From Sphingobacteriales bacterium (GTDB lineage Bacteria; Bacteroidota; Bacteroidia; AKYH767-A; OLB10), in assembly GCA_021299095.1 (NCBI GenBank), contig JAJTFW010000004.1, forward strand, positions 4,737 to 68,736: DNA of 64,000 nt, read 5' to 3'. Under the pieces are notes generated by a model that was not told the DNA's origin, ran no database searches, and saw only the letters and a program-made list of their open reading frames with translations. This document shows positions 47,879-58,275 of this stretch, piece after piece (position 1 is the stretch's first letter; each line of letters begins with the position of its first letter). The translations under genes and the position numbers were made by a program.

Positions 47879-48100
47879 ATGTACTGGACACTCGAACTAG
47901 CTCAACACCTTGAAGATGCGCCATGGCCGGCCACCAAGGATGAATTGATTGATTATGCAATCCGCTCTGGAGCACCGATGGAAGTGATAGAGAATTTACA
48001 GGAGCTCGAAGACGAGGGCGAGCCATACGAGAATATAGAAGAAATATGGCCCGATTATCCAACCAAAGATGATTTCTTCTTCAACGAAGACGAATACTGA
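47879..48100 (+). CDS. DUF2795 domain protein
   Basis: It is a 73-aa acidic protein with the WPATKDELIDYA motif characteristic of DUF2795. Confidence 0.65.
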   Translation: MYWTLELAQHLEDAPWPATKDELIDYAIRSGAPMEVIENLQELEDEGEPYENIEEIWPDYPTKDDFFFNEDEY

Positions 48101-48121
48101 GCCAATAGAGCGCTAACAAGG

Positions 48122-48159
48122 AAAGAGGCCGTCCGCTTTGGATGGCTTCTTTCGTTTTT
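48122..48159 (+). terminator. rho-independent terminator
   Basis: AAAGAGGCCGTCC-GCTTT-GGATGGCTTCTTT forms a 13-bp stem with two G-U pairs. It is followed by CGTTTTT. Confidence 0.55.
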
Positions 48160-48192
48160 ATGGCACCATACTAAATAGAATTGGCTGGTATG

Positions 48193-48225
48193 ATTAAAAA
48201 AAGAAGGGCCCCAAGAGGGCCCTTC
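48193..48225 (-). terminator. rho-independent terminator of the minus-strand T9SS cargo gene
   Basis: GAAGGGCCC-CAAGA-GGGCCCTTC is a perfect 9-bp stem. On the minus strand it is followed by a T-run (the AAAAAAA at 48195..48202 on the plus strand). Confidence 0.7.
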
Positions 48226-48245
48226 GCAATTACGTGGTTTAAGGA

Positions 48246-50006
48246 TTACTCAACAGTAACTTTCTGTGTGTAGCTGAAGTCACGGCCTTCAACCTGAACA
48301 AAGTACAGTCCGTTAGACTGGTTGCTCAAATCGATAAGCGTTTGCGTGTCATTCATGCGGGTATTGAATACTTCTTTGCCGATGGCATCGAAAATACGCA
48401 CGTTGGCATTTTCAAACTTCATTACACGGAGGTTGAAGATACCGCTTGTGGGGTTCGGGAACACGCTTACACCTCCAGGGTTAGCATTCTCGTTCAGGCT
48501 GGTGGCCAATGAAAGCGTTACCAGGTCTACACGAAGTGAGCTGGAACCGGTGGTTGGTGCCGTGATGGGGAGGAATGCGTGGAAGGCAATGTGGTAGGAT
48601 CCACTGGATGCAACTGTGAAGTTGTTGACCGAGTTGAAATAAATAGAATCAATTACTTCAGTGGCGATCAATTGGGTGGTCGATGCTACGTTCTGTGCAG
48701 TTCCAACGAGTACCTCGAGGCTGCATGGAGCCTGCAGGTCGAACTGACGGTACCAGTAATCCAGCGTGTACGTCGTTCCTGCCTGAAGATCGAAGCAGTT
48801 GGTCCAAACCCAATCGTCATCGAAGTCACCGCTGCCTGCTTTACGGATACACTGTGTTCCGCTGAATGCAAGTGTGTTGGCGAGTGCCCAAGAAGTTCCG
48901 TCGCCATTTTCATCAGATACGGCCCATGCGCTCAAATCTTCACCTGGTTCAAAGTCCATGGTGTATGGAGAGGCCAGGCTGGTAGGGCTAAGGTTGTCAA
49001 CGGTGATAGATGTACTATCGTTAACGGGAGCTGCATCACCTGTGAGGGAGGAGTAGGCTACGATGTCGAAAGTGCCCGCAGCGCTCAGGTTTGCAGTAGC
49101 AGTGAACGTGTAATTGATATCGCTGTTAGAAGCGATTGGGCCTGCAACTGTTTCAGTTACAGGGGTACCACCATTAACACTGAAACTTACCGGAACGTTG
49201 GAAATAGCTGATCCACCGTAGTTGCGGACAGTTACGCTTACCGGGGTGCTGGAAGAAAGGTTGCAACCTGAGTTGATGCCTGTGATCGCAGTAATGCCAG
49301 CATCTGTTGCAGCAGGCTCATACAGCGTTACATCATCAAACATCCAGAACCAGTCCCAATCACCGGTCCACTTGAAGCGAAGATATACGGTAGCCTGGTT
49401 GGCAGCTACGCTGCTGATATCCGCTTGCACAAAGAAGGGATTCGCTGTGCTTTGGTTTTGGCCAAGTCCAGTCTCAGCATTGTGCACAATAGTCCAGTTG
49501 ATGCCATCATTACTGACTGCAACTTCACCAACACCTGTTGCATACTGTACAAACACTTCGTTTAAAGACATGAAAACGGTGTTGTAACCCGTGCAGTTGA
49601 TGGCAGATGTGGTCAATTCTGCATCTTCAGGACCTGATGCCTGTCCTGCAGAGTCACTGTCGAAAATGACATAGCCGTTGGCTGCAGTCGTGTTTACAGG
49701 ATTCAGGGCAACAGCCGCAACAGGACCAGCTGTGGAACCTGTTGTGGTGTAACGGAAAATTTCACCTCCACCTGAGAGGTCAACGTTGGTCCAACCCGCC
49801 GGAATACCTGAAGCAAAGTCTTCAGAGAAAATGGTGGTGGCAATTGCAGGTGTGCCTCCCTGACGAGCAGTAGAAGCCTGAACCAGTGATTTAGATGAAA
49901 TGCCGCTGTTGTACTTGTTCTTTACAATGGCGGTCTCGGCTCCAGATTGAGCGATGGCCTGCATGCCGAAGAGGCAGGCGAACGCAACGAGTAGTGATTT
50001 TCTCAT
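48246..50006 (-). CDS. secreted protein with two MAM/choice-of-anchor-J-like domains and a T9SS C-terminal sorting domain
   Basis: ATG 50006 gives a signal peptide (MRKSLLVAFACLFGMQAIAQ). Two segments follow the E.F....P.GW....D..G...W pattern. The C-terminus (VSVFPNPTSGIFNL...GLYFVQV) is a type A sorting domain. Confidence 0.8.
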   Translation of the reverse strand: MRKSLLVAFACLFGMQAIAQSGAETAIVKNKYNSGISSKSLVQASTARQGGTPAIATTIFSEDFASGIPAGWTNVDLSGGGEIFRYTTTGSTAGPVAAVALNPVNTTAANGYVIFDSDSAGQASGPEDAELTTSAINCTGYNTVFMSLNEVFVQYATGVGEVAVSNDGINWTIVHNAETGLGQNQSTANPFFVQADISSVAANQATVYLRFKWTGDWDWFWMFDDVTLYEPAATDAGITAITGINSGCNLSSSTPVSVTVRNYGGSAISNVPVSFSVNGGTPVTETVAGPIASNSDINYTFTATANLSAAGTFDIVAYSSLTGDAAPVNDSTSITVDNLSPTSLASPYTMDFEPGEDLSAWAVSDENGDGTSWALANTLAFSGTQCIRKAGSGDFDDDWVWTNCFDLQAGTTYTLDYWYRQFDLQAPCSLEVLVGTAQNVASTTQLIATEVIDSIYFNSVNNFTVASSGSYHIAFHAFLPITAPTTGSSSLRVDLVTLSLATSLNENANPGGVSVFPNPTSGIFNLRVMKFENANVRIFDAIGKEVFNTRMNDTQTLIDLSNQSNGLYFVQVEGRDFSYTQKVTVE

Positions 50007-50210
50007 GTGTTTAGATTGGTTTAGTGTGTCTGAAGTGTTCAATCACTTTGCCTCGGAACAGGTGCGAGGAAAGCAAGGCCCGAAGGTAGTTATTCCCCCT
50101 GGGCTGAGCATAACAGTTGCATTGGCTTTTCAACAGGTTTAGAAGCATTTCTACAGAAAAAGTACTTGGCTTGAAATACCGTAGCCGAATTAAAGGCTTT
50201 TGAAAATCAA

Positions 50211-52403
50211 TTAGTTGGCCATTTCACTCATAAATTTGATGCGCATAAGGCGGATCTCATCCTGAGTGTATTCGTCTTCGCCAAGTTCTTGAATGGCATC
50301 TTCAACGGAATCCGTTTCGGCACTGTTGAAGTAATCATATACCTCGTCCTGTCGGTCTTGGTCAATGACCTCATTGATGTAGTACTGTATGTCGATGCGT
50401 GTGCCGGAAGCCACAATCGATTCGATTTCACCAATCAACTCCGAAAGTCTGATTCCTTTTGAGCCAGCCATATCCTCGAGCGAAATTTTACGGTCGATGT
50501 TTTGGATGATATAAACCTTCAGGCCGCTCTTGTTAACCACACTCTTAACGACGAGATCCATGGGGCGCTCGATGCCGTTGTCCTCTACATACTGGCAAAT
50601 CAGGTCAATGAAGGGTTTGCCGAATTTGGTGGCTTTTCCTGCACCTACACCCGTGATGTTTTTCAATTCATCCTGAGTGATAGGGTAATTGGTAGCCATT
50701 TCCTCCAAAGAGGGGTCTTGAAAAACGACAAACGGAGGCACGTTCTTTTGCTTCGCAACGGTCTTGCGAAGGTTTTTCAGCATTTCAAAAAGTTTCTCGT
50801 CAGCCGCAGAAGCCTGTCCGCTGCCGGAAAATTCGTCGTCATCGTCACTTTCCGTGTCGCCGAAATCAGCGTCCGGAACAACGGTGAAGGAGCCTGGGTT
50901 TTCAAGGAATGACTGACCTGCCGGAGTGATTTTCAGTAGTCCGTAATGATCAATGTCTTTGGAAAGAAAACCAGCCAGAATCCCTTGGCGGATGATGGCA
51001 TTCCAGAATTTGACACCTTCTTCAAAGCCCGACCCGAATACCTCCAGCAAATCATGCTTATAATTTTTTACCTGCTGGTTGGTGAAGCCCATCAGGACAT
51101 TCACCACATGCTCGCCCTGGTGTTTTTCTTTCACCAATTTAACGGCTTCGAGCAAGAGCGCCATCTGTTCGCTGGCCTCTATTTTCGGTTTGGGATGCAG
51201 GCAGTTGTCGCAACTGTTGCAGTTGTCCAGCTCAAATTGTTCGCCGAAGTAATTAAGTAACACACGTCGGCGGCATACCGAAGTTTCGGCGTAGCCTTCG
51301 GTTTCGAGCAAGAGCTGCTTGCCGATTTCAAATTCAGCCACATGCTTGTTTTTCATGAACTTCTCGAGTTTCTCGATGTCCTTGTGGCTGTAAAAGCAAA
51401 GGCAGAGACCCTCTCGTCCGTCACGTCCTGCACGTCCTGTTTCCTGATAATAACCTTCTAGACTTTTTGGAATATCGTGGTGGATGACAAAACGCACATC
51501 CGGTTTGTCGATACCCATACCGAATGCGATGGTGGCAACAATTACGTCCACTTCTTCCATCAGGAATTTGTCTTGATGCAAAGCCCGGGTGGACGCATCA
51601 AGTCCTGCGTGGTAGGGTAAAGCACGAACGCCGTTTACACTTAGTGTCTGTGCAACCTCTTCCACCTTTTTCCTGCTCAGGCAGTAAATGATTCCGGATT
51701 TGCCCGAATGCTGTTTAACGAAGCGGATAATCTCCTTCAATACATTGACCTTCGGCTTGACCTCGTAATAAAGGTTTGGTCGATTAAAGGAAGCTTTGAA
51801 AACACTGGCATCTAGCATGCCCAGGTTTTTCTGGATATCGGCCTGAACTTTCTCTGTAGCTGTAGCAGTAAGGGCAATAATGGGCACTTCGCCGATTTGG
51901 TCGATGATGGGCCTCAATCTTCTGTATTCAGGACGGAAGTCGTGGCCCCACTCTGAAATGCAATGTGCCTCATCGATGGCGAAGAAAGAAATATTCACCT
52001 CCCGCAGGAATTTCACATTCTCATCCTTCGTGAGCGATTCAGGTGCAACATAAAGCAATTTCGTCTTCCCGGCTTTTATGTCCTTACGAACCCGGGCGAT
52101 TTCGTTTTTACTCAACGACGAATTCATGAAATGCGCTACCCCATCATCGGTATTGAATCCGCGAATGGCATCAACCTGGTTTTTCATCAGGGCGATAAGC
52201 GGTGAAATGACGATGGCCGTTCCTTCACTCATCAGCGCTGGAAGCTGGTAACACATGGACTTTCCACCTCCTGTCGGCATAATGACGAAGGTGTTTTTTC
52301 CGGCAAGTACGTTTCGGATGACCGCTTCCTGCTCGCCCTTGAATTTATCATAGCCGAAAAAGCGGTAAAGCGCTTCAGAAAGGCTTTGTTCGGCGACTAG
52401 CAT
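50211..52403 (-). CDS. recQ: ATP-dependent DNA helicase RecQ
   Basis: It has Walker A MPTGGGKS, a DEAH box (FAIDEAHC), a zinc-binding Cys cluster (CRRR...CNSCDNC), an RQC domain and a C-terminal HRDC domain. Confidence 0.95.
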   Translation of the reverse strand: MLVAEQSLSEALYRFFGYDKFKGEQEAVIRNVLAGKNTFVIMPTGGGKSMCYQLPALMSEGTAIVISPLIALMKNQVDAIRGFNTDDGVAHFMNSSLSKNEIARVRKDIKAGKTKLLYVAPESLTKDENVKFLREVNISFFAIDEAHCISEWGHDFRPEYRRLRPIIDQIGEVPIIALTATATEKVQADIQKNLGMLDASVFKASFNRPNLYYEVKPKVNVLKEIIRFVKQHSGKSGIIYCLSRKKVEEVAQTLSVNGVRALPYHAGLDASTRALHQDKFLMEEVDVIVATIAFGMGIDKPDVRFVIHHDIPKSLEGYYQETGRAGRDGREGLCLCFYSHKDIEKLEKFMKNKHVAEFEIGKQLLLETEGYAETSVCRRRVLLNYFGEQFELDNCNSCDNCLHPKPKIEASEQMALLLEAVKLVKEKHQGEHVVNVLMGFTNQQVKNYKHDLLEVFGSGFEEGVKFWNAIIRQGILAGFLSKDIDHYGLLKITPAGQSFLENPGSFTVVPDADFGDTESDDDDEFSGSGQASAADEKLFEMLKNLRKTVAKQKNVPPFVVFQDPSLEEMATNYPITQDELKNITGVGAGKATKFGKPFIDLICQYVEDNGIERPMDLVVKSVVNKSGLKVYIIQNIDRKISLEDMAGSKGIRLSELIGEIESIVASGTRIDIQYYINEVIDQDRQDEVYDYFNSAETDSVEDAIQELGEDEYTQDEIRLMRIKFMSEMAN

Positions 52404-52607
52404 AGATGATTTTCGGTTGAAGGAGTGCGAATTTACGTAATTTTGAGCCTGTTTCGACGTAGTTTTTGGTTCTCCAAAAAATGCGTCCGGATGAGGGGAA
52501 GTTCACAGGAATGTTTCTTTCGAAACATTTCGGATCAAAACATCGATTCCACAACAAGTTCAACCGAAGATAGTTCAAAAAGTCCGAGTTCACAAGGAAA
52601 TTGACCG

Positions 52608-53594
52608 ATGTCAGCCCGAAAAACACCTGTTTCCGATAAGAAAATTCTAGCCAGTGCCTCGCGTACACTGAAAACAGAAGCCGAAGCCCTGCGGGAGGTT
52701 GAGTCAAGCATCGGTAAGGATTTCGCCGCTGTTGTCAGGTTGATTCTAGAGGGAAAAGGTCGCGTTGTAATCAGTGGAATTGGAAAATCAGCCATCATCG
52801 CGAACAAGATTGTGGCTACACTCAACTCCACTGGTACACCCTCACTTTTTTTACACGCTGCCGATGCCATTCATGGCGATATGGGCATGGTTCAGCGAAA
52901 TGATGTGGTCATACTCATTTCCCACTCCGGCAGTACACCCGAAATCAAGGTGTTGGCACCATTGGTCAAAGCCGGTGGGAATGTCCTTGTAGCCATTACT
53001 GGTGGCGTCGATTCCTTTTTATCAAGCCATGCTGACTATGTGATTTCAAGTGCCGTCAGCAAGGAAGCCTGTCCGAATAATTTGGCACCAACAAGCAGCA
53101 CCACTGCCCAACTCGCCCTGGGTGATGCGTTGGCCGTATGTTTGCTCGAACTGCGTGGCTTTACGGCACAGGATTTTGCACGCTATCATCCAGGAGGATC
53201 GCTCGGGAAGCGTTTGTATTTGAAAGTCGATGACCTTTGGCCAGCCAACCCCTGTCCTGTCGTATTTCCCGATGCCCCACTGACAGAGGTTATTTTGGAA
53301 ATTAGTTCCAAGCGCTTGGGCGCCGCCGCCGTTCTCGACAAAAAAAAGAAATTGGTCGGTATCATCACGGATGGGGATTTGCGCAGAATGATGTCCCGAC
53401 ACAAGCGCCTGGAGTCCCTCAGTGCTCGCGATATCATGACACCCAATCCTTGCACACTCCCGCCTCAAACCATGGCAGTGGAGGCTTTGGCACTCATGAA
53501 AGAAAAAAACATCACACAATTATTGATTGCAGACAAATCACGCTTAATCGGTTTTATTCATCTACACGATCTATTGCGAGAAGGAATTATTTGA
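52608..53594 (+). CDS. kpsF: KpsF/GutQ family arabinose-5-phosphate isomerase (SIS + tandem CBS)
   Basis: It has a SIS domain (VVISGIGKSAIIANK, ILISHSGST) followed by two CBS repeats. Confidence 0.9.
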   Translation: MSARKTPVSDKKILASASRTLKTEAEALREVESSIGKDFAAVVRLILEGKGRVVISGIGKSAIIANKIVATLNSTGTPSLFLHAADAIHGDMGMVQRNDVVILISHSGSTPEIKVLAPLVKAGGNVLVAITGGVDSFLSSHADYVISSAVSKEACPNNLAPTSSTTAQLALGDALAVCLLELRGFTAQDFARYHPGGSLGKRLYLKVDDLWPANPCPVVFPDAPLTEVILEISSKRLGAAAVLDKKKKLVGIITDGDLRRMMSRHKRLESLSARDIMTPNPCTLPPQTMAVEALALMKEKNITQLLIADKSRLIGFIHLHDLLREGII

Positions 53595-53618
53595 TGCTTC
53601 TACTGAATAAACGCTGAA

Positions 53619-54434
53619 ATGTCTGCGCCCACTCCTCAAACTGAGATGACTTTTCTGGATCACCTGGAAGCCTTGCGTTGGCATGTGGTGCGTTCGGCAG
53701 TCGTAATTGTTGGAGTCGCAGTAGCGGCATTTCTCAACAAGGACATCATTTTTGATGGAATCATTTTGGCGCCTAAAAATGCCGATTTCTTAACGTATCG
53801 GGTGTTGTGTGATTTGTCACAGAAGTACAACCTTGACATGTGCCTGGATAAGGTCGACTTTGATGTCATCAATTTAAGTATCAGTGGGCAGTTCACAACG
53901 CACATGTGGATAGCACTGATGACAGGTTTTGTCATAGGATTCCCCTATCTGGCGTGGGAGATATGGCGTTTTGTAAAGCCCGCACTTTCTGAGCGTGAAA
54001 TCAAGTACAGCCGTGGTATAGTTTTTTACACATCCATTCTTTTTTTAGCTGGGGTGTCTTTCGGCTATTTTCTAATTACACCCCTCTCAATCAATTTTCT
54101 GGGGAATTATAAGGTGAGTGAAGAGATTGCAAATGCAATCAGCATGGATTCCTACATCAATACCGTAACGGTGCTCTCACTCTCAACAGGTCTGGTGTTC
54201 GAGCTTCCCATGGTCGTATACGTGCTAAGTAAACTGGGTATGCTGACGCCTGCCTTCATGCGTACATACCGTAGGCATGCGATGGTTGTAAATCTGATTG
54301 TCGCTGCACTGATAACACCTTCTCCCGATGTGACCTCGCAACTCCTTGTGGCAGTTCCCTTATTTCTATTGTACGAGGTGAGTATTTACGTGAGTGCAGC
54401 CGTCAACCGCAACCGCGAGCGTGAATTGATCTGA
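53619..54434 (+). CDS. tatC: twin-arginine translocase subunit TatC
   Basis: It has the N-terminal MTFLDHLEALR motif, six TM helices and a TPSPD-like loop (ITPSPDVTSQ). Confidence 0.9.
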   Translation: MSAPTPQTEMTFLDHLEALRWHVVRSAVVIVGVAVAAFLNKDIIFDGIILAPKNADFLTYRVLCDLSQKYNLDMCLDKVDFDVINLSISGQFTTHMWIALMTGFVIGFPYLAWEIWRFVKPALSEREIKYSRGIVFYTSILFLAGVSFGYFLITPLSINFLGNYKVSEEIANAISMDSYINTVTVLSLSTGLVFELPMVVYVLSKLGMLTPAFMRTYRRHAMVVNLIVAALITPSPDVTSQLLVAVPLFLLYEVSIYVSAAVNRNRERELI

Positions 54435-54466
54435 CAGCTTTACACATCCCATTGCGGATATTTCGC

Positions 54467-54487
54467 CCTCAATGCTTGAGGTATTTT
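54467..54487 (+). terminator. weak candidate terminator after tatC
   Basis: CCTCAA-TGC-TTGAGG forms a hairpin that is followed by TATTTT. Confidence 0.35.
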
Positions 54488-54533
54488 CAGGATTTGCTGA
54501 CTACATTTAGCAGGCACAAAAGGAACCCTTCAA

Positions 54534-54875
54534 ATGTCAATGGTAGAGGAATTCAACAAGTATCGTGAACGGATGAATGCCCGTATTCTGGAGCAGGACA
54601 ATCTGACTCTTAAGCGGTTCTGGTCGCTCGATGGAGCGGCCTACCAAGACGGTGCATTAGACGTGCGAACCAAGGAAATGCTCGGGCTTGTTGCCTCCAT
54701 GGTCTTGCGATGCGATGACTGCATTCGCTATCACCTCGGCAAATGTCATGAAGCTGGACTATCTACATCCGAACTGATGGAGGTCTTCGCAATTGCAAAT
54801 CTGGTAGGAGGAAGTATCGTGATTCCGCATACACGTCGGGCCATGGAGTACTGGGATGAACTGCATAAAAAATGA
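54534..54875 (+). CDS. carboxymuconolactone decarboxylase (AhpD-like) family protein
   Basis: It is a 113-aa helical protein with a CDDC (CxxC) motif inside LRCDDCIRYH, as in the AhpD-like/CMD family. Confidence 0.75.
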   Translation: MSMVEEFNKYRERMNARILEQDNLTLKRFWSLDGAAYQDGALDVRTKEMLGLVASMVLRCDDCIRYHLGKCHEAGLSTSELMEVFAIANLVGGSIVIPHTRRAMEYWDELHKK

Positions 54876-56215
54876 GTGATAGCAAGTCCATGGTGCAAGT
54901 TCGGTGGTTTTGTGCGTTGATGCTATTGCTTCCTTTGTCGGCACTTGCCCAAAAGACACGCGTAAGCGGCCGGGTGATCGATGAGCTGACCAATGAATCG
55001 CTTCCGTTTACAGCCGTGGTGCTGAAGGGAACTGTTGCAGGGATCAATACGGATATGGATGGACGTTATACCATTTCGTATGACGGAGTCGCCGACACCA
55101 TCATTTTTTCGTTAGTCGGGTACCAAACCGTTAAGATGCGTGTGAAGCCCGGCCAGGATCAAACCATTATGGTGAGTATGAAGGCGCAGAAAGTCGAACT
55201 ACAGGAGGTTGTGATCAAGGCCGGCGAAAATCCGGCCAATATCCTCCTGAAGCAGGTCATTCGCAATAAAGAGCGGAATGACCCATCCTCCCTTCCTTTC
55301 TACCGTTACGAAGTGTACAACAAGGTAGAATTCGATCTTACCAACATCTCTGAAAAGATGAAATCGAACAGGCTACTCAAGCCATTCGCTTTTATTTGGG
55401 ATAACATTGATAGCTCCGAGACCAATGCGAAACCGTTTTTGCCGTTTTTCATTTCGGAATCCTTGTCTGATGTGGTTTTTCGGAACAATCCGGCCGATAA
55501 GCGCGAGGTGATACGGGCAAGTAAGGTATCTGGGTTGGAAAATGCATCCGTCACACAATTCCTCGGCGATATGTACCAACGGGTGAATATCTATGAGAAT
55601 TTCATTGATTTGTTTGGTAAAGGGTTCATTAGTCCGATCTCGGATTTGGGCCTGGTATACTACAGGTATTATCTGCTCGATTCAGCCTATTTAGGGGATC
55701 AGTGGTGTTACAAATTGAAATTCAAACCCCGTCGACCACAGGAACTCACTTTCAGTGGCGAATTCTGGGTTCATGATTCGACGTTTGCAGTGAAAAAGAT
55801 TGCCATGCGGATAGCCCATGATGCCAATATAAACTGGGTTCAAGATATGGCTATAGTGCAGGAGTTTGCTCACGTAGAGGATTCGTGCTGGATGCTCTCC
55901 AAGGATATGCTCGTCATGGATTTTTCGGCCCGCGATGAGGGTATGAGTTTTATAGGGCGAAAGACAGCCAGCTACCGTGGATTCGATATCCTTACGCGAC
56001 CATCGGATGATTTTTTCAAGGGCTCTGAAAACATTGTGCTCGACGATAAAGCCTTGCAACGTACTCAGGAATTTTGGGTTGAAAATCGGCACGATTCCCT
56101 GTCTGACCGGGAATTGAAAATTTACCAGATGGTCGATACGATCCGTTCACTCCCTGCATTTCAGACGTATGTGAACCTGGTTACCATGTTTTTTACGGGG
56201 TACAAGGATGCCTGA
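54872..56215 (+). CDS. DUF5686/carboxypeptidase-regulatory-like domain protein, N-terminal fragment (frame-disrupted)
   Basis: It has a signal peptide and a CarboxypepD_reg-like start (RVSGRVIDELTNESLPFTAVVLKGT). The ORF ends at TGA 56213..56215, while the homologous reading continues in another frame. Confidence 0.6.
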   Translation: MSDSKSMVQVRWFCALMLLLPLSALAQKTRVSGRVIDELTNESLPFTAVVLKGTVAGINTDMDGRYTISYDGVADTIIFSLVGYQTVKMRVKPGQDQTIMVSMKAQKVELQEVVIKAGENPANILLKQVIRNKERNDPSSLPFYRYEVYNKVEFDLTNISEKMKSNRLLKPFAFIWDNIDSSETNAKPFLPFFISESLSDVVFRNNPADKREVIRASKVSGLENASVTQFLGDMYQRVNIYENFIDLFGKGFISPISDLGLVYYRYYLLDSAYLGDQWCYKLKFKPRRPQELTFSGEFWVHDSTFAVKKIAMRIAHDANINWVQDMAIVQEFAHVEDSCWMLSKDMLVMDFSARDEGMSFIGRKTASYRGFDILTRPSDDFFKGSENIVLDDKALQRTQEFWVENRHDSLSDRELKIYQMVDTIRSLPAFQTYVNLVTMFFTGYKDA

Positions 56216-56229
56216 GCACACGGATCCAA

Positions 56230-57255
56230 TTGGAAGGGTATCTTGCTTACGGACTCTTGGACGAGCGCTTCAAATATATGGCCGGACTTCGGTATAAAAT
56301 TTCAGACAAGCCTCGTCAATTCGCTGGTCTGAAGTACCGATTCGATGTAGAGCAGCTCGGGCAAAGTGATAATGCTTTTCAGGATGACAACATCCTGTCT
56401 TCTCTTTTTCGCCGGAATCCCGCCACGAAGTTGAATACCTCCGAGACCCAGAAAGCCTGGTATGAGATTGAATGGTTTCCAGGGTTATCCAACAGGATCA
56501 CGTTTTCCCATGGCTTTTTCAGCCCACTGGGAGATCTTGACATTGCATATTATGCCAACGATGCCCGTACTGAAGTAAGCAATACCATACGGACTTCCCA
56601 GGTCACACTCTTTACGCGATTCGCCTACAGGGAGAAGTTTGTTGCCGGTAAAGTGGATCGCGTTAGTCTAGGTAGCGATTATCCAGTATTGCAGGTGTAT
56701 TATACCAAGGGCTTCAAGGATGTTCTGCGGGCTGATTTCAACTACCAGAAGGTCGGTGTGCGAATCGATGATCGTTTGCCTTTGAGTCCATTCGGTTATA
56801 CGTACTGGGTGCTGAGCGCTGGTAAGACCTGGGGCAAAGTCCCTTACCCGCTACTCGAAATTCATCCGGGAAATGAAACGTATTTCTATGACTATGCGGC
56901 CTTCAACATGATGAACTTCTTTGAATTCGTCAGCGATTACTACTTCAGTGGTTTTGCCACACACCATTTTGATGGCTTCTTTCTGGACAAGATTCCATTG
57001 ATGCGTAAACTCAAGTGGAGGGAGGTGGCTCAGGTTAAAGCGGTTTGGGGCGAGCTCCGCGAATCCAATCTCAATCTGCAAACTGGGACGAACCTGTTTT
57101 ATTCGCTCAACAGGAAGCCGTATGTTGAAGTGGGGCTGGGCGTAGAAAACATTCTAAAAATCATTCGGGTCGATTTCCTTTGGCGCATGAGTTACCTCGA
57201 TAACCCGAATATCGCGCGATTTGGCTTCAGGGGGAGTTTTCAGTTCACCTTCTGA
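56230..57255 (+). CDS. DUF5686-type protein, C-terminal fragment (no ATG; frame open upstream to at least 56140)
   Basis: The track ORF starts at a TTG. I read its frame back to nt 56140 without meeting a stop, so it overlaps the end of the preceding ORF by at least 76 nt. The aromatic-rich beta pattern ends in F (FQFTF), as in OM beta-barrels. Confidence 0.55.
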   Translation: MEGYLAYGLLDERFKYMAGLRYKISDKPRQFAGLKYRFDVEQLGQSDNAFQDDNILSSLFRRNPATKLNTSETQKAWYEIEWFPGLSNRITFSHGFFSPLGDLDIAYYANDARTEVSNTIRTSQVTLFTRFAYREKFVAGKVDRVSLGSDYPVLQVYYTKGFKDVLRADFNYQKVGVRIDDRLPLSPFGYTYWVLSAGKTWGKVPYPLLEIHPGNETYFYDYAAFNMMNFFEFVSDYYFSGFATHHFDGFFLDKIPLMRKLKWREVAQVKAVWGELRESNLNLQTGTNLFYSLNRKPYVEVGLGVENILKIIRVDFLWRMSYLDNPNIARFGFRGSFQFTF

Positions 57256-57282
57256 CAGTCCTTTGTTTGGCTTCCATTGCGT

Positions 57283-57290
57283 TACCTTTG
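57283..57290 (+). promoter_or_regulatory. Bacteroidota -7 box (TAnnTTTG), leaderless geometry
   Basis: TACCTTTGccacATG is identical to 41661..41675. TTTG motifs at 57262..57269 sit in a plausible -33 position. Confidence 0.45.
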
Positions 57291-57294
57291 CCAC

Positions 57295-58023
57295 ATGTCG
57301 GTTTTGCGTTCCGAAGATCTGGTCAAACGGTACAAAGGCCGGACCGTGGTCAACCATGTGTCGATTCGTGTCGAACAAGGAGAGATTGTAGGATTGTTAG
57401 GTCCCAATGGGGCCGGTAAAACAACTACCTTTTACATGATTGTTGGGCTGATTAAACCCAACGAAGGAAGGATTTACCTCGACGAGACTGAGCTCACGAA
57501 TGAGCCCATGTACCGCAGAGCCAAACGGGGTGTGGGCTACCTTGCACAGGAGGCTTCTGTGTTTCGTAAGCTCAGCGTAGAGGACAACATTCGTGCGGTT
57601 CTTGAAATGACCGGGTTCTCGAAAGCGGAGCAAGTCAGCAAACTCGAGGAATTGCTTGATGAGTTCGGTTTACAGAAAATCCGGAAAAGCAGGGGAGATG
57701 TACTATCAGGAGGAGAGCGGCGTAGGACTGAAATCGCCAGATGCTTGGCTGTGGATCCCAAGTTCATCCTGCTGGATGAACCTTTTGCCGGCGTGGACCC
57801 TATCGCCGTTGAAGACATTCAAAGCATTGTCCACAAACTGAGGGAGAAAAATATTGGCATCCTGATTACGGATCATAACGTACATGAAACGTTGACCATC
57901 ACCGATCGGGCTTACCTCTTGTTTGAAGGTAAAATCCTGAAAGAGGGCACCGCACAAGAACTCGCATCCGACGAGCAAGTCAGAAGGGTTTACCTCGGTA
58001 AAAACTTTGAACTCCGCTCCTGA
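57295..58023 (+). CDS. lptB: LPS export ABC transporter ATP-binding protein
   Basis: It has [17 protein letters not shown] and [12 protein letters not shown] motifs. Its size and C-terminus are typical of LptB. The start was set at the conserved MSVLRSEDL. Confidence 0.9.
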   Translation: MSVLRSEDLVKRYKGRTVVNHVSIRVEQGEIVGLLGPNGAGKTTTFYMIVGLIKPNEGRIYLDETELTNEPMYRRAKRGVGYLAQEASVFRKLSVEDNIRAVLEMTGFSKAEQVSKLEELLDEFGLQKIRKSRGDVLSGGERRRTEIARCLAVDPKFILLDEPFAGVDPIAVEDIQSIVHKLREKNIGILITDHNVHETLTITDRAYLLFEGKILKEGTAQELASDEQVRRVYLGKNFELRS

Positions 58024-58275
58024 TCAGGCCGGACTCAATTCGAAAGTGTAGGTTTCCATGATTGGATTGGCCAATAGCTTTTTGCAGGCCAAATCCACTT
58101 TTTCACGAGCGGCCGATTCAGTGTCGGCTTCAATTTCGAGCGTGATGTGTTTCCCGATTCTGACATTTCCGATTTCACTCAGCGATAGGTTTTTCATACT
58201 CGCGGTGACAGCCCTTCCCTGTGGGTCGAGGAGTGCTTTTTGAGGCATTACATCGATGTGCGCTTGAAATTTCAT
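58024..58275 (-). CDS. purS: phosphoribosylformylglycinamidine synthase subunit PurS
   Basis: It is an 83-aa protein (MKFQAHIDVMPQKALLDPQGRAV...) with the typical PurS pattern. The start overlaps the upstream stop (ATGA). Confidence 0.85.
   Translation of the reverse strand: MKFQAHIDVMPQKALLDPQGRAVTASMKNLSLSEIGNVRIGKHITLEIEADTESAAREKVDLACKKLLANPIMETYTFELSPA

Noticed and set aside
48579-49211. 210-aa plus-strand ORF inside the T9SS cargo gene region.
   Set aside because: It is antisense to a gene with a signal peptide, domain repeats and a T9SS CTD. Its Cys/Arg/Val-rich composition has no motifs.
52508-52527. Perfect 8-bp inverted repeat AATGTTTC-TTTC-GAAACATT in the recQ/kpsF divergent region.
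   Set aside because: It is a short palindrome of the kind expected by chance in AT-rich intergenic DNA. It could be an operator, but there is nothing to link it to a regulator.
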